38,285 bases of DNA from Chiloscyllium plagiosum (GCF_004010195.1 NC_057728.1:50277330-50315614), one strand, 5' to 3'; numbered from the stretch's first letter, positions 11,443 to 23,209 are shown. A program made the numbers and translations. Notes: generated by a model from the sequence alone, not told the origin.

Positions 11443-12350
11443 CTTGTTTAAAAGAATCTTACTAACTATGAGCAAAGGAAGCAAGCAAAAAGTACCTTTC
11501 CCCTCTGCACCAAATCCCCACACTGCCTCCAAAGTCACCAAACTACACACACACTTGGGCTGTATCTCACTCCAGGTGTGATACCTCCTTCCTGACAGTG
11601 CACTGCTTCATCATGATCAGTTGTGTTTACACAGCTGCTTTGTTCGAAAAGTGGGGAAAGGTGTTTGTAAATGGGCCAGCACCAAGGGGAGTGAGTGTAC
11701 AAGGTGAGATTCAGTTGGTAACAAGTCACGCATTGGTTTGTGTAGTTATCTCCAGTTGTGGATGACAAGAGCCATCAACCTGACAGCAACTATCTGGTTG
11801 ACCCCTGGGAAGCTGAACCACTTGTGGGTATGGATAATACGACCCAATAGCTCAGTGGTCAGCACTGCTGCCTCACAGTGCCAGCGACCCGGTTCAATTC
11901 CAGCCTCAGGTGACTTTATGGAGATTGCACGTTCTCCACATGTCTGCTTGGATTTCTTACTGGTGCTTTCGTTTCTCCAACAATCCAAAGATGTGCAGGT
12001 TAGGTAAGTTGGCCATAGTGTTCAGGAAGGTGCAGGTTAGGTGCATTGTTCAGGGGTGATGATAGAGTAGGGGAATGGGTCTGGGTGGGTTACTCTTCTG
12101 AGGCCAAAGGGCCTGTTTCCACACTGTAGGGATTCTATGATACTTGCAGAAGCCTATGGACAGATGGTGTGGTTTTTGTCTCCTGCAACGAAGTACCTAA
12201 AGCCTGACGAAAGCCAATTAATTTTCTCTCACCAGTTGATGCAAGCCGTGGTCTTTACTAACCACCGGTGCCTTTTGCGAAGAAATGACAAGAACATAAA
12301 GAAGAGAGATTGAAGAACAGAACATCTTGAAGCAAAGGAATTCTTTCAGC
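10600..12350 (-). repeat. Composite block copy A (inverted duplicate of ~13198-14700)
   Basis: Unique sequence, SINE and CR1 junctions are identical to copy B. The ORF track gives near-identical peptides (e.g. 11535..11768 vs 13826..14011). The left boundary is approximate. Confidence 0.9.
11843..12141 (+). mobile_element. HE1-type SINE within copy A
   Basis: tagctcagtggtcagcactgctgcctcacag head and ggcctgtttccacactgtagggattctatga tail. Confidence 0.85.
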
Positions 12351-12680
12351 TGCCCTGGATCTCTCCTCATGGAATTTAGCAGGATAGGGGTGGGATCTGA
12401 TTGAAACCCTCAGAATACTGTTTTTTATGTTCATGGTCTTTTAAGATAGGGATAGTTTTAGGTTTCCTGAAGAGTCAGCAGAGTTTTGTTTAAATGTGAA
12501 CAGAATGTTCAGCAATATAAAAAATGTATTAGCTCCAGTGCACGGATTGGGTAATTATTGTGACAGCTAATATTGATTTCATTGGATTAGAGCACCTGTA
12601 ATTAATCCCTACCATTCCTGCAATCATCAATAAGTGAAATTTTTCCATCAAAATACACAAAACGGCCCAGTTTACCTGTC

Positions 12681-12769
12681 AAGGGTGCGGTGCTGGCAAA
12701 GCCACAGCACATCAGGCAGCATCCAAAGAGCAGGAGAATTGACATTTCAAGCATAAGCCCTTCACCAGG
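12681..12769 (-). mobile_element. Degenerate PLE terminal fragment (duplicated at ~36719-36807)
   Basis: gtgctgg...caggcagcatccaaagagcagg...gcataagcccttcaccagg, flanked by direct repeat agtttacctgtc. Confidence 0.7.
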
Positions 12770-12849
12770 CCTAGTTTACCTGTCTGATAACTCAGGTTAA
12801 GGTTAAACATGGACCAGATTTCTGTACATAACCAAAATCACTATTTTTT

Positions 12850-13028
12850 TTAGAATCCCTGCAGTGTGGATGCAAGCCATTTGGCCCATCGATTCCACAC
12901 TGACCCTCTGAACAGCATGCTGCCCAGACCCAAGCCCCTATCCTGTTTCTGTAACCCCGCATTTCCCATGGCCAATCCACCTCACCTGGACATTTTTGGA
13001 CTATGGGAGGAAACCGGAGCACCCGGAG
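12850..13028 (-). mobile_element. Partial HE1-type SINE (3' half); duplicated at ~36460-36637
   Basis: agaatccctgcagtgtgga...gggaggaaaccggagcacccggag. Confidence 0.8.
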
Positions 13029-13406
13029 TAAACTTGTTTATGACAAATAAATAGATTCTAATCACAGGTCAACAACTTTGAAATGTCAACATATAACCTT
13101 ACCAGTTGAAACTCCCCTATGCATACATGTCAGACAAAAAACATTGGGGTTTTGGGTGGAGAGGACAAACTGGACAATGGCGCCCGTTACTGGGCTGGCT
13201 GAAATAATTCCTTTGCTTCAAGATGTTCTGTTCTTCAATCTCTCTTCTTCATGTTCTTGTCATTTCTTCACAGAAGGCACTGGTGGTTAGTAAAGACCAC
13301 GGCTTGCATCAGCTGAGGAGAGAAAATTAATTGGCTTTCGTCAGGCTTTAGGAACTTCGTTGCAGGAGATAAAAACCACACCATCTGTCCATAGGCATCT
13401 GCAAGT

Positions 13407-13710
13407 ATCATAGAATCCCTACAGTGTCGAAACAAGCCCTTCGGCCCAACAAGATTACACCAACCCTCAGAAGAGGAACCCACCCAGACCCATTCCCCTA
13501 CCCTATTACCACCCCTGAACCTTCCTTAACACTATGGCCAATTTACATAACCTGCACATCTTTGGATTGTTGGAGAAACAAAAGCACCAGTAAGAAATCC
13601 AAGCAGACATGTGGAGAACGTGCAATCTCCATAAAGTCACCTGAGGCTGGAATTGAACCGGGTCGCTGGCACTGTGAGGCAGCAGTGCTGACCACTGAGC
13701 CATTGGGCCG
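13407..13710 (-). mobile_element. HE1-type SINE within copy B
   Basis: Reverse complement of 35761-36080 and 11843-12141. Confidence 0.85.
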
Positions 13711-14103
13711 TATTATCCATACCCACAAGTGGTTCAGCTTCCCAGGGGTCAACCAGATAGTTGCTGTCAGGTTGATGGCTCTTGTCATCCACAACTGGAG
13801 ATAACTACACAAACCAATCTGTGACTTGTTACCAGCTGAATCTCACCTTGTACACTCACCTTGGTGCTGGCCCATTTACAAACACCTTTCCCCACTTTTC
13901 GAACAAAGCAGCTGTGTAAACACAACTGATCATGATGAAGCAGTGCACTGTCAGGAAGGAGCTATCACACCTGGAGTGAGATACAGCCCAAGTGTGTGTG
14001 TAGTTTGGTGACTTTGGAGGCAGTGTGGGGATTTGGTGCAGAGGGGAAAGGTACTTTTTGCTTGCTTCCTTTGCTCATAGTTAGTAAGATTCTTTTAAAC
14101 AAG

Positions 14104-16201
14104 ACCCTAATAGTCAGAGGGTAATTGAGAAACAAACTTGTAAGGAGATCTCAGCTAACTGTAAGAATAATAGGGAGGTTGCGGTAGGGGATTTTAACTT
14201 TCCGAACATAGACTGGGACTGCCATAGTGTTAAGGGTTTAGATGGAGAGGAATTTGTTAAGTGTGTACAACACAANNNNNNNNNNNNNNNNNNNNNNNNN
14301 NNNNNNNNNNNNNNNNNNNNNNNNNNNNNNNNNNNNNNNNNNNNNNNNNNNNNNNNNNNNNNNNNNNNNNNNNNNNNNNNNNNNNNNNNNNNNNNNNNNN
14401 NNNNNNNNNNNNNNNNNNNNNNNNNNNNNNNNNNNNNNNNNNNNNNNNNNNNNNNNNNNNNNNNNNNNNNNNNNNNNNNGAAATCAGGAGGGCAAAAAGG
14501 GGACATAAGATAGCTTTGGCAAATAGAATTAAGGAGAATCCAAAGAGGTTTTACAAATACATTAAGGACAAAAGGGTAACTAAGGAAAGAATAGGGACCA
14601 TCAAAGATCAGCAAGGCGGCATTTGTGTGGAGGCGCAGAAAATGGTGGAGATACTAAATAAGTATTTTGCATTAGTATTTACTGTGGAAAAGGATATGGA
14701 AGATATAGACTGTAGGGAAATAGATGGTGACATCTTGCAAAATGTCCATATTACAGAGGAGGAAGTGCTGGATATCTTGAAAGGGTTAAAGGTGGATAGA
14801 TCCCCAGGACCTGATCAGGTTAACCCTAGAACTCTGTGGGAAACTAGAGAAGTGATTGCTGGGCCTCTTGCTGAGGTATTTGTATCATCGATAGTCACAG
14901 GTAAGGTGCCAGAAGACAGGAGGTTGGCAAATGTAGTGCCACTGTTTAAGAAGTGCGGTAAAGACAAGCCAGGGAACTATAGACCGGTGAGCCTGACCTC
15001 AGTGGTGGGCAAGTTGTTGGGGGTAATCCTGAGGGACAGGATGTACATGTATTTGGAAAGGCAAGGACTGATTAGAGATAGTCAACATGGCTTTGTACGT
15101 GGGAAATCATGTCTCACAAACTTGATTAAGTTTTTTGAAGAAGTAACAAAGCAGATTGATGAGGGCAGAGCAGTAGATGTGATCTATATGGACTTCAGTA
15201 AGGCGTTGGACAAGGTTCCGTCTGGGAGACTGATTAGCGAGGTTAGATCTCATGGAATATAGGGAGAACTAGCCATTTGGATACAGAACTGGCTCAAAGG
15301 TAGAAGACAGAGGGTGGTGGTGGAGGGTTGTTTTTCAGACTGGAGGCCTGCGACCACTGGCGTGCCACAAGGATCGGTGCTGAGTCCTCTATCTTTTGTC
15401 ATTTACATAAATGATTTGGATGCGAGCATAAGGGGTACAGTTAGTAAGTTTGCAGATGACACCAAAATTGGAGGTGTAGTAGACAGCGAAGAGGGTTACC
15501 TCAGATTACAACAGGATCTGGACCAGATGAGCCAATGGGCTGAGAAGTGGCATATGGAGTTTAATTCAGATAAATGCGAGGTGCTGCATTTTGGGAAAGC
15601 AAATCTTAGCAGTGCTTATACACTTAATGGTAAGGTCCTAGGGAGTGTTGCTGAACAAAGACTTGGGAGTGCAGGTTCCTTGTTCCTTGAAAGTGGAGTC
15701 GCCGGTAGATAGGATAGTGAAGAAGGCATTTGGTATGCTTTCCTTTATTGGTCAGAGTATTGAGTACAGGAGTTGGGAGGTCATGTTCTGGCTGTACAGG
15801 ACATTGGTTAGGCCAGTGTTGGAATATTGCATGCAATTCTGGTCTCCTTCCTATCAGAAAGATGTTGTGAAATTTGAAAGGGTTCAGAAAAGACGTACAA
15901 GGATGTTGCCAGGGTTGGAGGATTTGAACTATAGGGAGGATATAAAAGAGATCTAAGGGGCAACTTTTTCACGCAGACGGTTGTACGTGTATGGAATGAG
16001 CTGCCAGAGGAAGTGGTGGAGGCTGGTACAATTGCAACATTTAAGAGGCATTTGGATGGGTATATGAATAGGAAGGGTTTGGAGGGATATGGGCCAGGTG
16101 CTGGCAGGTGGGACTAGATTAGGTTGGGATATCTGGTTGGCGTGGACAGGTTAGACCAAAGGGTCTGTTTCCATGCTGTACATCTCTAATGACTCTATGA
16201 C
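14104..16201 (+). mobile_element. CR1 LINE ORF2 (APE-EN, RT, 3'UTR, tail), pseudogenised
   Basis: NYRPVSLTSVVGKLL, QHGFVRGKSCLTNL, GVPQGSVL, KFADDTK. It has a stop at 15260-15262, a frameshift at ~15660, a deletion at ~15938 and a gactctatga tail. Confidence 0.95.
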
Positions 16202-16321
16202 TTGCCTATTTTTAAGCTTCAAATAAAGGCCAAGATTCCATTTGCCTTCTTAATTTCTTGCAGTATATGCATGTTAATTTTGTTTCATTCACCCTCTGTG
16301 CTTCATTTTGTTTGGAATTAT

Positions 16322-16620
16322 GGGCGGCACGTTGGCGCAGTGGTTAGCACTGCTGCCTCACAGCGCCAGAGACCTGAGTTCAATTTCCGCCTCAGGTGAC
16401 TAACTGTGTGGAGTTTGCACGTTCTCCCTGTGTCTGCGTGGGTTTCCTCCGGGTGCTCCAGTTTCCTCCCACAGTCCAAAGATGTGCAGGTCAGGTGAAT
16501 TGGCCATGCTAAAATTTCCCGTAGTGTTAGGTTAGAGGTACGGGTGGGTTGCGCTTTGGCGGGTCGGTGTGGACTTGTTGGGCCGAAGGGCCTGTTTCCA
16601 CACTGTAATATAATCTAATC
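16322..16620 (+). mobile_element. HE1-type SINE, well preserved
   Basis: gggcggcacgttggcgcagtggttagcactgctgcctcacagcgccag...gttcaatttcc (A/B boxes), conserved core and (ctaat)n tail. Confidence 0.9.
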
Positions 16621-16816
16621 TCTCTTCATTTAAATGATATGAAGAATCAAAGGGAAGTCTATCAAAGTGCACTTTCCTACATTAAATTCCATTTGCCAAG
16701 ATTTTGTCCACCTGGTTATACCAGGTTGGAGCCATCAATTTAATGAAACGCCATATCTTCCCAGGATTTGTTGCATTACCTCCCTGCCTGTACAAAGTTA
16801 AAATTTTAAAACTCAC

Positions 16817-16845
16817 TTGCTCGTCAAATTCAAACTCATGAGTTT
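16817..16845 (-). other. Candidate 29-nt exon of an unidentified host gene
   Basis: tttttatatctttacttgtggtttccag|AAACTCATGAGTTTGAATTTGACGAGCAA|gtgagt: strong acceptor and donor in non-repeat DNA. Reads xTHEFEFDEQ or KLMSLNLTS. Confidence 0.5.
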
Positions 16846-17115
16846 CTGGAAACCACAAGTAAAGATATAAAAACTGCCATCCCTGTATCAAATTCCCAAT
16901 TTAGTACTGTTATTGCATTATACTCTGTGTGTTCCCATTTTTAGGTGTTAGTAGCCAAACCTGTATGCTTTTACAGAGAGTCAATAACTCTCATGCAAGC
17001 TGTAGTTGGAAAATTAGTTTCTTGCTGCTGTGATTAATACTTGTGCACTTTCAATTGATTGATGGTTAGTACTGCTGCCAGGAGATTCCTGCTAACTAGA
17101 CTCCCTAACCAGCTT

Positions 17116-17344
17116 CAAGATTAGAGTGGTGCTGGAAAAGCACAGCAGGTCAGGCAGCATCCGAGGAGCAGGAACATCAATGTTTCGGGCAAAAGCCCTA
17201 CATCAGCCATTCCTGATGAAGGGCTTTTGCCTGAAACATCGATTTTCCTGCTCCTCGGATGCTGCCTGACCTGCTGTGCTTTTCCAGCACCACTCTCATC
17301 TGGACTCTGGTTTCCAGTATCTGCAGTACCCACTTCTGCCTCAT
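17116..17344 (+). mobile_element. Fold-back PLE insertion (two ~85-bp inverted arms, each with a decayed GGGC/ACGU-family hammerhead)
   Basis: 17121-17206 is the reverse complement of 17213-17298. TSD taac(c/t)agctt at 17106-17115 and 17345-17354. Confidence 0.85.
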
Positions 17345-17521
17345 TAACTAGCTTGCAGTCTGGAAGATCTAAGTTAGAGCCTGACTGCTAAACTAAACTT
17401 GAATTATCACAGAGATTCCCAATTTCCCAAGTTTGTACTCGTACCTCAGCACATTTTGTTCCTATGCTCCAAATAACATGTACCTTGCTTATAAGCAATT
17501 TGGATAGAATTGGAACAACAT

Positions 17522-17862
17522 GGGGTGGCACGGGTGGCTCAGTGGTTAGCACTGCTGCCTCCCAGGGACCCAGGTTCAATTCTAGCCTCGGGCGACTGTC
17601 TGCGTGGAGGTTGCACATTCCCCCCTTGCCTGCAAGGGTTTCCTCCGGGTGCTCCAGTTTCCCCACACAATCCAAAGATGTGTAGGTTCGGTGAATTGGC
17701 CAAGCTGAATTCCCCATAGTGTTGGTTATGTACATTAGTCAGAGGGAAATGTAGAGTTGTAGGGTAAGAAAATGAGTCTGGGTGGGTTACTCTTCAGAGA
17801 GTGAGTGTGGACTTGTTGGGCCAAATGGCCTGTTTCCACACTGGAAGGATTCTATGATTCTA
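17522..17862 (+). mobile_element. HE1-type SINE
   Basis: ggtggctcagtggttagcactgctgcctc head and ggcctgtttccacactg...attctatgattcta tail. Confidence 0.88.
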
Positions 17863-18420
17863 ATTGCAGCCACGGAAGGAGGAAGTTTGGTGTGATGTTC
17901 TGAGATTTCACACACGATGATACGTTTCGCTCAGTTTGAAGTCTTAGGTCACCTTTAAATGTAGATGTGTCCCATTTTCCACACTCTCAAACCTTTTGAC
18001 CAAATGACAACTTAATACCATGGTAGCTTGAAGCCAATATAAAGACTTAAGAATTTCTCCCTTGCTTTTCTCTAATGTAAGCATACCAGTGTTAAATGTT
18101 AAGAGAATGAAAAATGGTCCTGAATGCCCATCAATGAACACTTGAAAATAAATCGCTCCATCCAAACACAGTCACATCTGCCATCATTATTTTCACAGCT
18201 GTTACTTTTGCCTTTTCTGCCCTCCTAAAACTGTCATTGTCAATGTTTATAGCTATGCATTTCAAAATCTTTTCAAGACCGCCTATCATTTTAAGCAAGT
18301 GCTTTTAAAAATCATATTTTCAATTCTGGAACACAATTTGGCTTTTTTTTTGGCAGTGTTGTTGAATTTACAGCAAAAATCTTTTCATCACGTTCAGATT
18401 GTCATGAGTTGGGCACTGCA

Positions 18421-18530
18421 CAGCAACAACCGCAAGCTGCATTTATATAGCATCTTGAACACTCTAAAACATTCCTTGAGGCACTCCATGGGGATGCTAT
18501 AAAAGAAAAATTTGATACCAAGTCCCATAA
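18421..18530 (-). mobile_element. Old L2-like LINE/SINE 3' tail
   Basis: aacaac...tgcatttatatagcatctt is the reverse complement of an aaggcgctatataaatgca-type tail. A plus-strand version occurs at ~28080-28118. Family assignment is from memory. Confidence 0.45.
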
Positions 18531-18904
18531 TGATCCTGCCCTTTGACCTGGGCATTGTGACCCTGCCTCTGACCCGGGCACCGCGACTCTGCCTCTAACC
18601 CAGGCACTATGATGCTACCCTCTGATCGAGCACTGTGACTCTGCCCCAACCCTGGCACTATAACACTGCCCTCTGACCCGAGCACTGTCACCCTGCCCCA
18701 ACCCAGGCACTGTGACACTGCCCTCCAACCCAGGCACCACGACCCTGCCCTCTGACCTATGCACTGTGGCCCTGCATGCTGACCCAAGCACCGTGAACTT
18801 GCCCTCTGACCTGAGCACCGTGACCCTGCCCTTTGATCCAAACACATTAACCCTGCCCTCTGACCCAGGCACCATGACCCTGCCCTCTGACCTATGCACT
18901 GCCC
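18531..18904. repeat. GC-rich minisatellite, ~25-27-bp unit (tgaccctgccctctgacccaggcactg), about 14 copies
   Basis: Directly visible periodicity. The minus-strand translation gives a 9-aa repeat (GSEGRVTVL). Confidence 0.92.
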
Positions 18905-19702
18905 CTACCCCAACATTCTGGCCCCACTCCCAAACCAGTTACAATGACTCCCCCATACCTCAGCACAGCAGCACCAACACCTAATCATTAACAGTGAACC
19001 CCCCCCCAAACTGGGGATATTGACTCCCTACTTCCTTGCTGAGCACAGCAACCACCTAAAGCCCTGGGCCCCAGTTATTGATCCTTGACATTCCTAGTTG
19101 TCCTGGCCCCTGAAAACAAGAGGACCTGAGATGCAGTCAAGGAAACAGGACAGTGACAGCAAATTAGCCCAACCCCAAGCTGATAGCAATTGGCATCGTG
19201 ATTTCTAGCTGGGAGTAAGGAGTAGGCGAAACATACACATTAATTCCAATCTCTCAAGACTTTTACTTCTTGGCCTTAAACTGTGTAACTGTTCCAAATA
19301 TAAAAATATTTTGATTTTAAATTCTAATTTTAATTTTAGTTTTAATTTTAATAAAGAGAATGCAGCAAACAATGAATGAAATAATTTTCCATTGTATTTG
19401 GTGCTTTGAAATAAAATTAAATCATTCAAATCTTTGTAGCTAACTTACAGTTTTTCCAATGTTTGTTTAAACAAGCAAGCATTGAAGAAAGTGGGGAATG
19501 TGAAGGAGTTAAGTTTTACACATTCACAATCCCTGCATTTTACAGTAATCTTTATAATCAAAGTTCCTAAATACTGGGATTTTATCTGTGCTTCCTTTTC
19601 ATTCCAAATCTACAAGCTGGATCTCCCAGCCATGTCATTAGCCGACATTGTTCTGACAATTAAAATGCTTTATCAAACATTAAGACCAGTACCTGTCCGT
19701 TA

Positions 19703-19957
19703 CTAGGGGTCATGAGTTCAAGGTGAGAGGGGGAAATGTTTATGGGAGATATGCGTGGAAGGTTCTTTACGCAGAGGATGGTGGGTGCCTGGAACACGTT
19801 GCCGGTGGAGGTGGTAGGGACAGATGTATGAATGGGCAAGGAGCAGAGGGATTCGGATCCTTAGAAAATAGGAGGCAGCTTTAGATGGAGGATATGGATC
19901 AGTGCAGGCTTGGAGGGCCGAAAGGCCTGTTCCTGCGCTGTAATGTTCTTGTTCTTT
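19703..19957 (+). mobile_element. CR1 LINE 3' end
   Basis: RGHEFKVRG...FFTQRMVGAWNTLP plus a 3'UTR homologous to 8580-8833. Confidence 0.88.
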
Positions 19958-20512
19958 GTACCATTGGATCACAATAAATCATGATGTTGCTCGCAGAAGC
20001 AGATCAGAGACTCTTTTACATGTCCAGAGTGGAGAGGATGGGTTGGGAATGGTACAGTGTTTGCCCAGAGTACTTCCAATTGGATAGCTCACAGTGAAGT
20101 GCAGGCTAGTTATTGGCTGTTGGCAGTATTGGGCTCTCCTGAATTGTGCCATTACTGCAGCTCTGGCCCTTCGCCACAATGTATGGAGTTTGAAACACGG
20201 GATCAGGGTAACACTTCACACCCATGCCAGCTGTCATGTTATCACCTTTGCAGTGATTTCTCTTTAAGAGTTTACTATGTAAATCAGCCAAGTCCCTAGA
20301 TATTCTCAGCACTGACGCAGACTCTCAGCAGGCTGCACTCAAGGTACAGAGTGTAGAGGTTACACTGTGCTGTATAGATTAGTTTAGCCATAAGTTGACT
20401 GACACCAAATCCTCAAGTAAATAGAATCTACACAGATTCCACACTTGTATTCCACACAGAAAAGAGAGGAATACCACCTCATGGAGAGTGGCTGGGATTT
20501 GATTTTCTTTCA

Positions 20513-20870
20513 TGAATCATAGAATCCCTACAGTGTGGAAACAGGCGCTTTGGCCCAACTAGTCCACACCGACCCTCCGAAGAGTAACCCACCCAGACTC
20601 ATTCCTCCACCCTATAGTTATCCCTGACTAATGCACCCAACCTACACATCCTTGAACATTATGGACAATTTAGCATGGCAAATTCACCTAATCTGCACGT
20701 TTTTGGACTGTGGGAGGAAACCGGAGCACCCGGAGGAAACCCACACAGAGAGAATGTGCAAACTCCACGCAGTCATCCAAGGCTGGAATCAAACCCTTGT
20801 CCCTAGTGCTGTGAGGCAGCAGTGCTAACCACTGAGCCTCAGTTCTATCCACTGAGCCGCAGTGCCACCA
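20513..20870 (-). mobile_element. HE1-type SINE with duplicated head segment
   Basis: Reverse-complement SINE consensus. ccactgagcc occurs twice, at ~20829 and ~20849. Confidence 0.85.
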
Positions 20871-21129
20871 CGAAAGCCAGAACAAAGAAGAAATCAGCCG
20901 TACAATTTTGAAGACCAAGGGGACAGCAGTAAACAAAGTATAACAGCAGCCCAGGAGTTCCCACAATATAGAAAACAGAAGTAAGGAAGGTTTCTTCGCA
21001 AACTGGGAGCACACTCGAGTTATCCAGATTCTTGTATGCGGACAGCTGATTCTCACCCACCTTATCGAAAGGCCATTGCAAATTTTAATGCCTGTCTGAA
21101 CTCAGCCCTCTGTTCAACTAAGAGAAGGA

Positions 21130-22360
21130 ATGTACGCAGGAAAGGTGTGTGGAGCTAACAGAGAACGCCCTCAGTGAAGTTTCAAGTCAAAACATTGCCA
21201 TCAATTCTTAGTACAACATTGGAAGCATAGAAGGAATGCATAGCATTAAATATAGTATGAAAAGACAGATGGATAGCAGAAGAATAAATACTACATCTCT
21301 CTCTGCATGAACTGGAAATTCACAAATCTGCTAGCCAAGTTCAAATATCTTAACCAAAGGACGCGGCAATGCTTAATTAAGTAGTTACAGAACAAACTGT
21401 GAAAATACTCAGATGTTGGTAATGGCAGGGGTGGGGGAGGTGTTGGGAAGTGGGTGGGGGGGGGTGCGGTCACACAGTGTCAAAACCTTGAACTTATCTG
21501 AAGTGGATCAAAATGATCCTGCAAAGATATAGAAAGTGCTAAATGATCAGTTGCAAGTAACAGTCAACTTTGGAATTTGTTGTTTAGATTTGATGCCCTA
21601 CAGACAAAAGCCACAGGAATTTTAAGATCTATTTATCAGTATATTCTGTAACAATGGCAATGCATGCAATTTTTCAGACAATGAATTGTCACAGCACATA
21701 ATGGAGTTGACAATTAACTCAATACCTATCAAAGCATTCTAAAAGGACCTCTTGGGGAAAAGAAAAGATCTCAGCATTGACTCACTGTTAGCAGATGATA
21801 ACAGATACTGTATATAATCTTATAGCTGGACAACAGGATCAGCATGTACTAGTTGCAGGAAACAGTATTGATACTGTAGTCAGAAAGCAAGCTTTGTGGT
21901 TTATTATATCCTCCAAAAGCTTTTCTCCATTCCAAGGATTGCTTAAGGCATACAGCACACAAAAGGCTCACCTGTGCAAGAAATCCAGCTGTGTGGATAG
22001 AGTCAGAGGCTTTACCAGGATACAGTCAAACAGTGGGCAGGTACAGCTGTATGGCAAGAGCAGCAAAGAGTCTGCCAGAGACCTGTGTAAATGTACATGA
22101 TATTCACAGCAAGACAAACCCATGTCAAGAACCAGAGTGGATTAGACTGTCCCAACCAGAAGATGGACAAACTCGCCAGATTGTGACGGTAACACTTTGT
22201 GTGGGTGAAGTGAACCAAACAGAAGCATTTGCCACAATCAACATCATTTCCATAAGGAAACTGGCAAACAGACTCAAAACCATGACTGACATCGGAGCAA
22301 GTGCGAATATTCTGTCACTCTGAATTCTGAAGACCCTTACTGGGATCACTGGAACTCAAT
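21130..22360 (+). mobile_element. Decayed Ty3/Gypsy LTR-retrotransposon gag-protease remnant
   Basis: LKTMTDIGASANIL at ~22273-22314 resembles the aspartic protease (I)DTGAxxN motif. Upstream gag-like pieces are LDLMPYRQKPQE and CNFSDNELSQHIMELTI. Many stops; boundaries approximate. Confidence 0.6.
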
Positions 22361-22439
22361 CAATAACGCTTAATAATAGTTAGAGATTTAGGAAGGTGAA
22401 AGCAACTGATATGATTTAAATTCAATTAATTAACCTATC

Positions 22440-22612
22440 TAGAATGGAAAGATAATCTCGCTATTGATGACCATGAAGTGATTATTGATTTCTCTGGCTT
22501 ACATGTGACTCCAGACCCACAGCAATATGGTTGAGTCTTAACTGCCCCTTGAAAGGGCCTTATAAGCCACTCAGTTCCAGGGCAATTAGGGACGGGCAAC
22601 AACTGATAAAAG
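22440..22612 (+). mobile_element. 3' part of an older SINE/LINE tail
   Basis: tacatgtgactccagacccacagcaat...cttaactgccc...aagccactcagttc...gggcaattaggga is recognised from memory as a common elasmobranch repeat. Family not assigned. Confidence 0.5.
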
Positions 22613-23209
22613 AATAAAAACCCCTTTTGATCTCAATCTCCAAAACTTCGATGTGTTTCCCAGCTGAAACAGCTTTTTGATGTGAGTTGGAACATCTGAG
22701 CATGTCATTGTCTCATATAAAAAGGTGTTTATTTATTTCACTCCCAAATGGCTGAGATCTAATTTTTCAAAACGCTACCAGAGGAAGTGGTTTCTCTCTG
22801 TTACCCTATTCACTCTATTTACCATTTTAAACATCTCAATCTGTTCACAAATCAATCTTCTAAACCCAAGAAAACATAAGTCAAATCATGTTCTCTTTAC
22901 CCGTAACATCCTGGTGAACAAAAGCAGAATTCTGCAGATGGAAATCAATGGAGAGAGGAGTGTTAATGTTTCCAAAATGACTCTTCAGAATTCATGTTGT
23001 TGAATATTAGGTTTGGCAGATGAGAAAAAAATTAATTGGGTCAGCAACTCAGATAGGTTCCTTTCTGAATAAGTAGCCCAAACATCCTAAATCTGTAATA
23101 TTTACTGGCCCAAAAACGAGCGATTAATCCTTAATAGGAGCCTATACAAAGGAAGTTGTCGGTCAGTGTATTCTGGCTACAGATTAGTGGTTATCAAACA
23201 TTTAATAGT

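Larger units (their letters stand above)
12594..16201 (+). repeat. Composite block copy B (probable donor): unique-PLE fragment-partial SINE-unique-SINE-unique-CR1
   Basis: Reverse complement aligns by eye to 33010-36895 throughout and to 10600-12350 in part. Confidence 0.9.

Noticed and set aside
11535..12007. Short ORFs repeated three times as a small gene family
   Set aside because: They span SINE and flanking DNA and recur only because the block is duplicated. There is no coding signature.
14261..15956. RT-like ORFs as a functional gene or novel RT system
   Set aside because: Ordinary CR1 ORF2 with a stop, frameshifts and deletions. No intact copy is in the window.
16322..16400. tRNA gene
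   Set aside because: It is the tRNA-derived head of a SINE, continuing into the SINE core and CR1-derived tail. The same holds for all similar heads.
18497..18984. Repetitive protein or CRISPR array
   Set aside because: It is a tandem minisatellite with frame-breaking unit lengths and no spacers.
19239..19282. Minus-strand exon candidate reading LRPRSKSLERLELM
   Set aside because: The splice sites are weak, and joining it to the 16845 acceptor creates a TAA stop. Unsupported without transcripts.
20398..20408. TGGTGTCAG primer-binding-site-like motif on the minus strand
   Set aside because: Too short, with no adjacent LTR end identified, and in the wrong orientation for the Gypsy remnant.
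21427..21465. G-quadruplex-like G tract (also the C19 run at 2201-2219)
   Set aside because: Simple homopolymer expansions inside decayed repeats, with no evidence of function.
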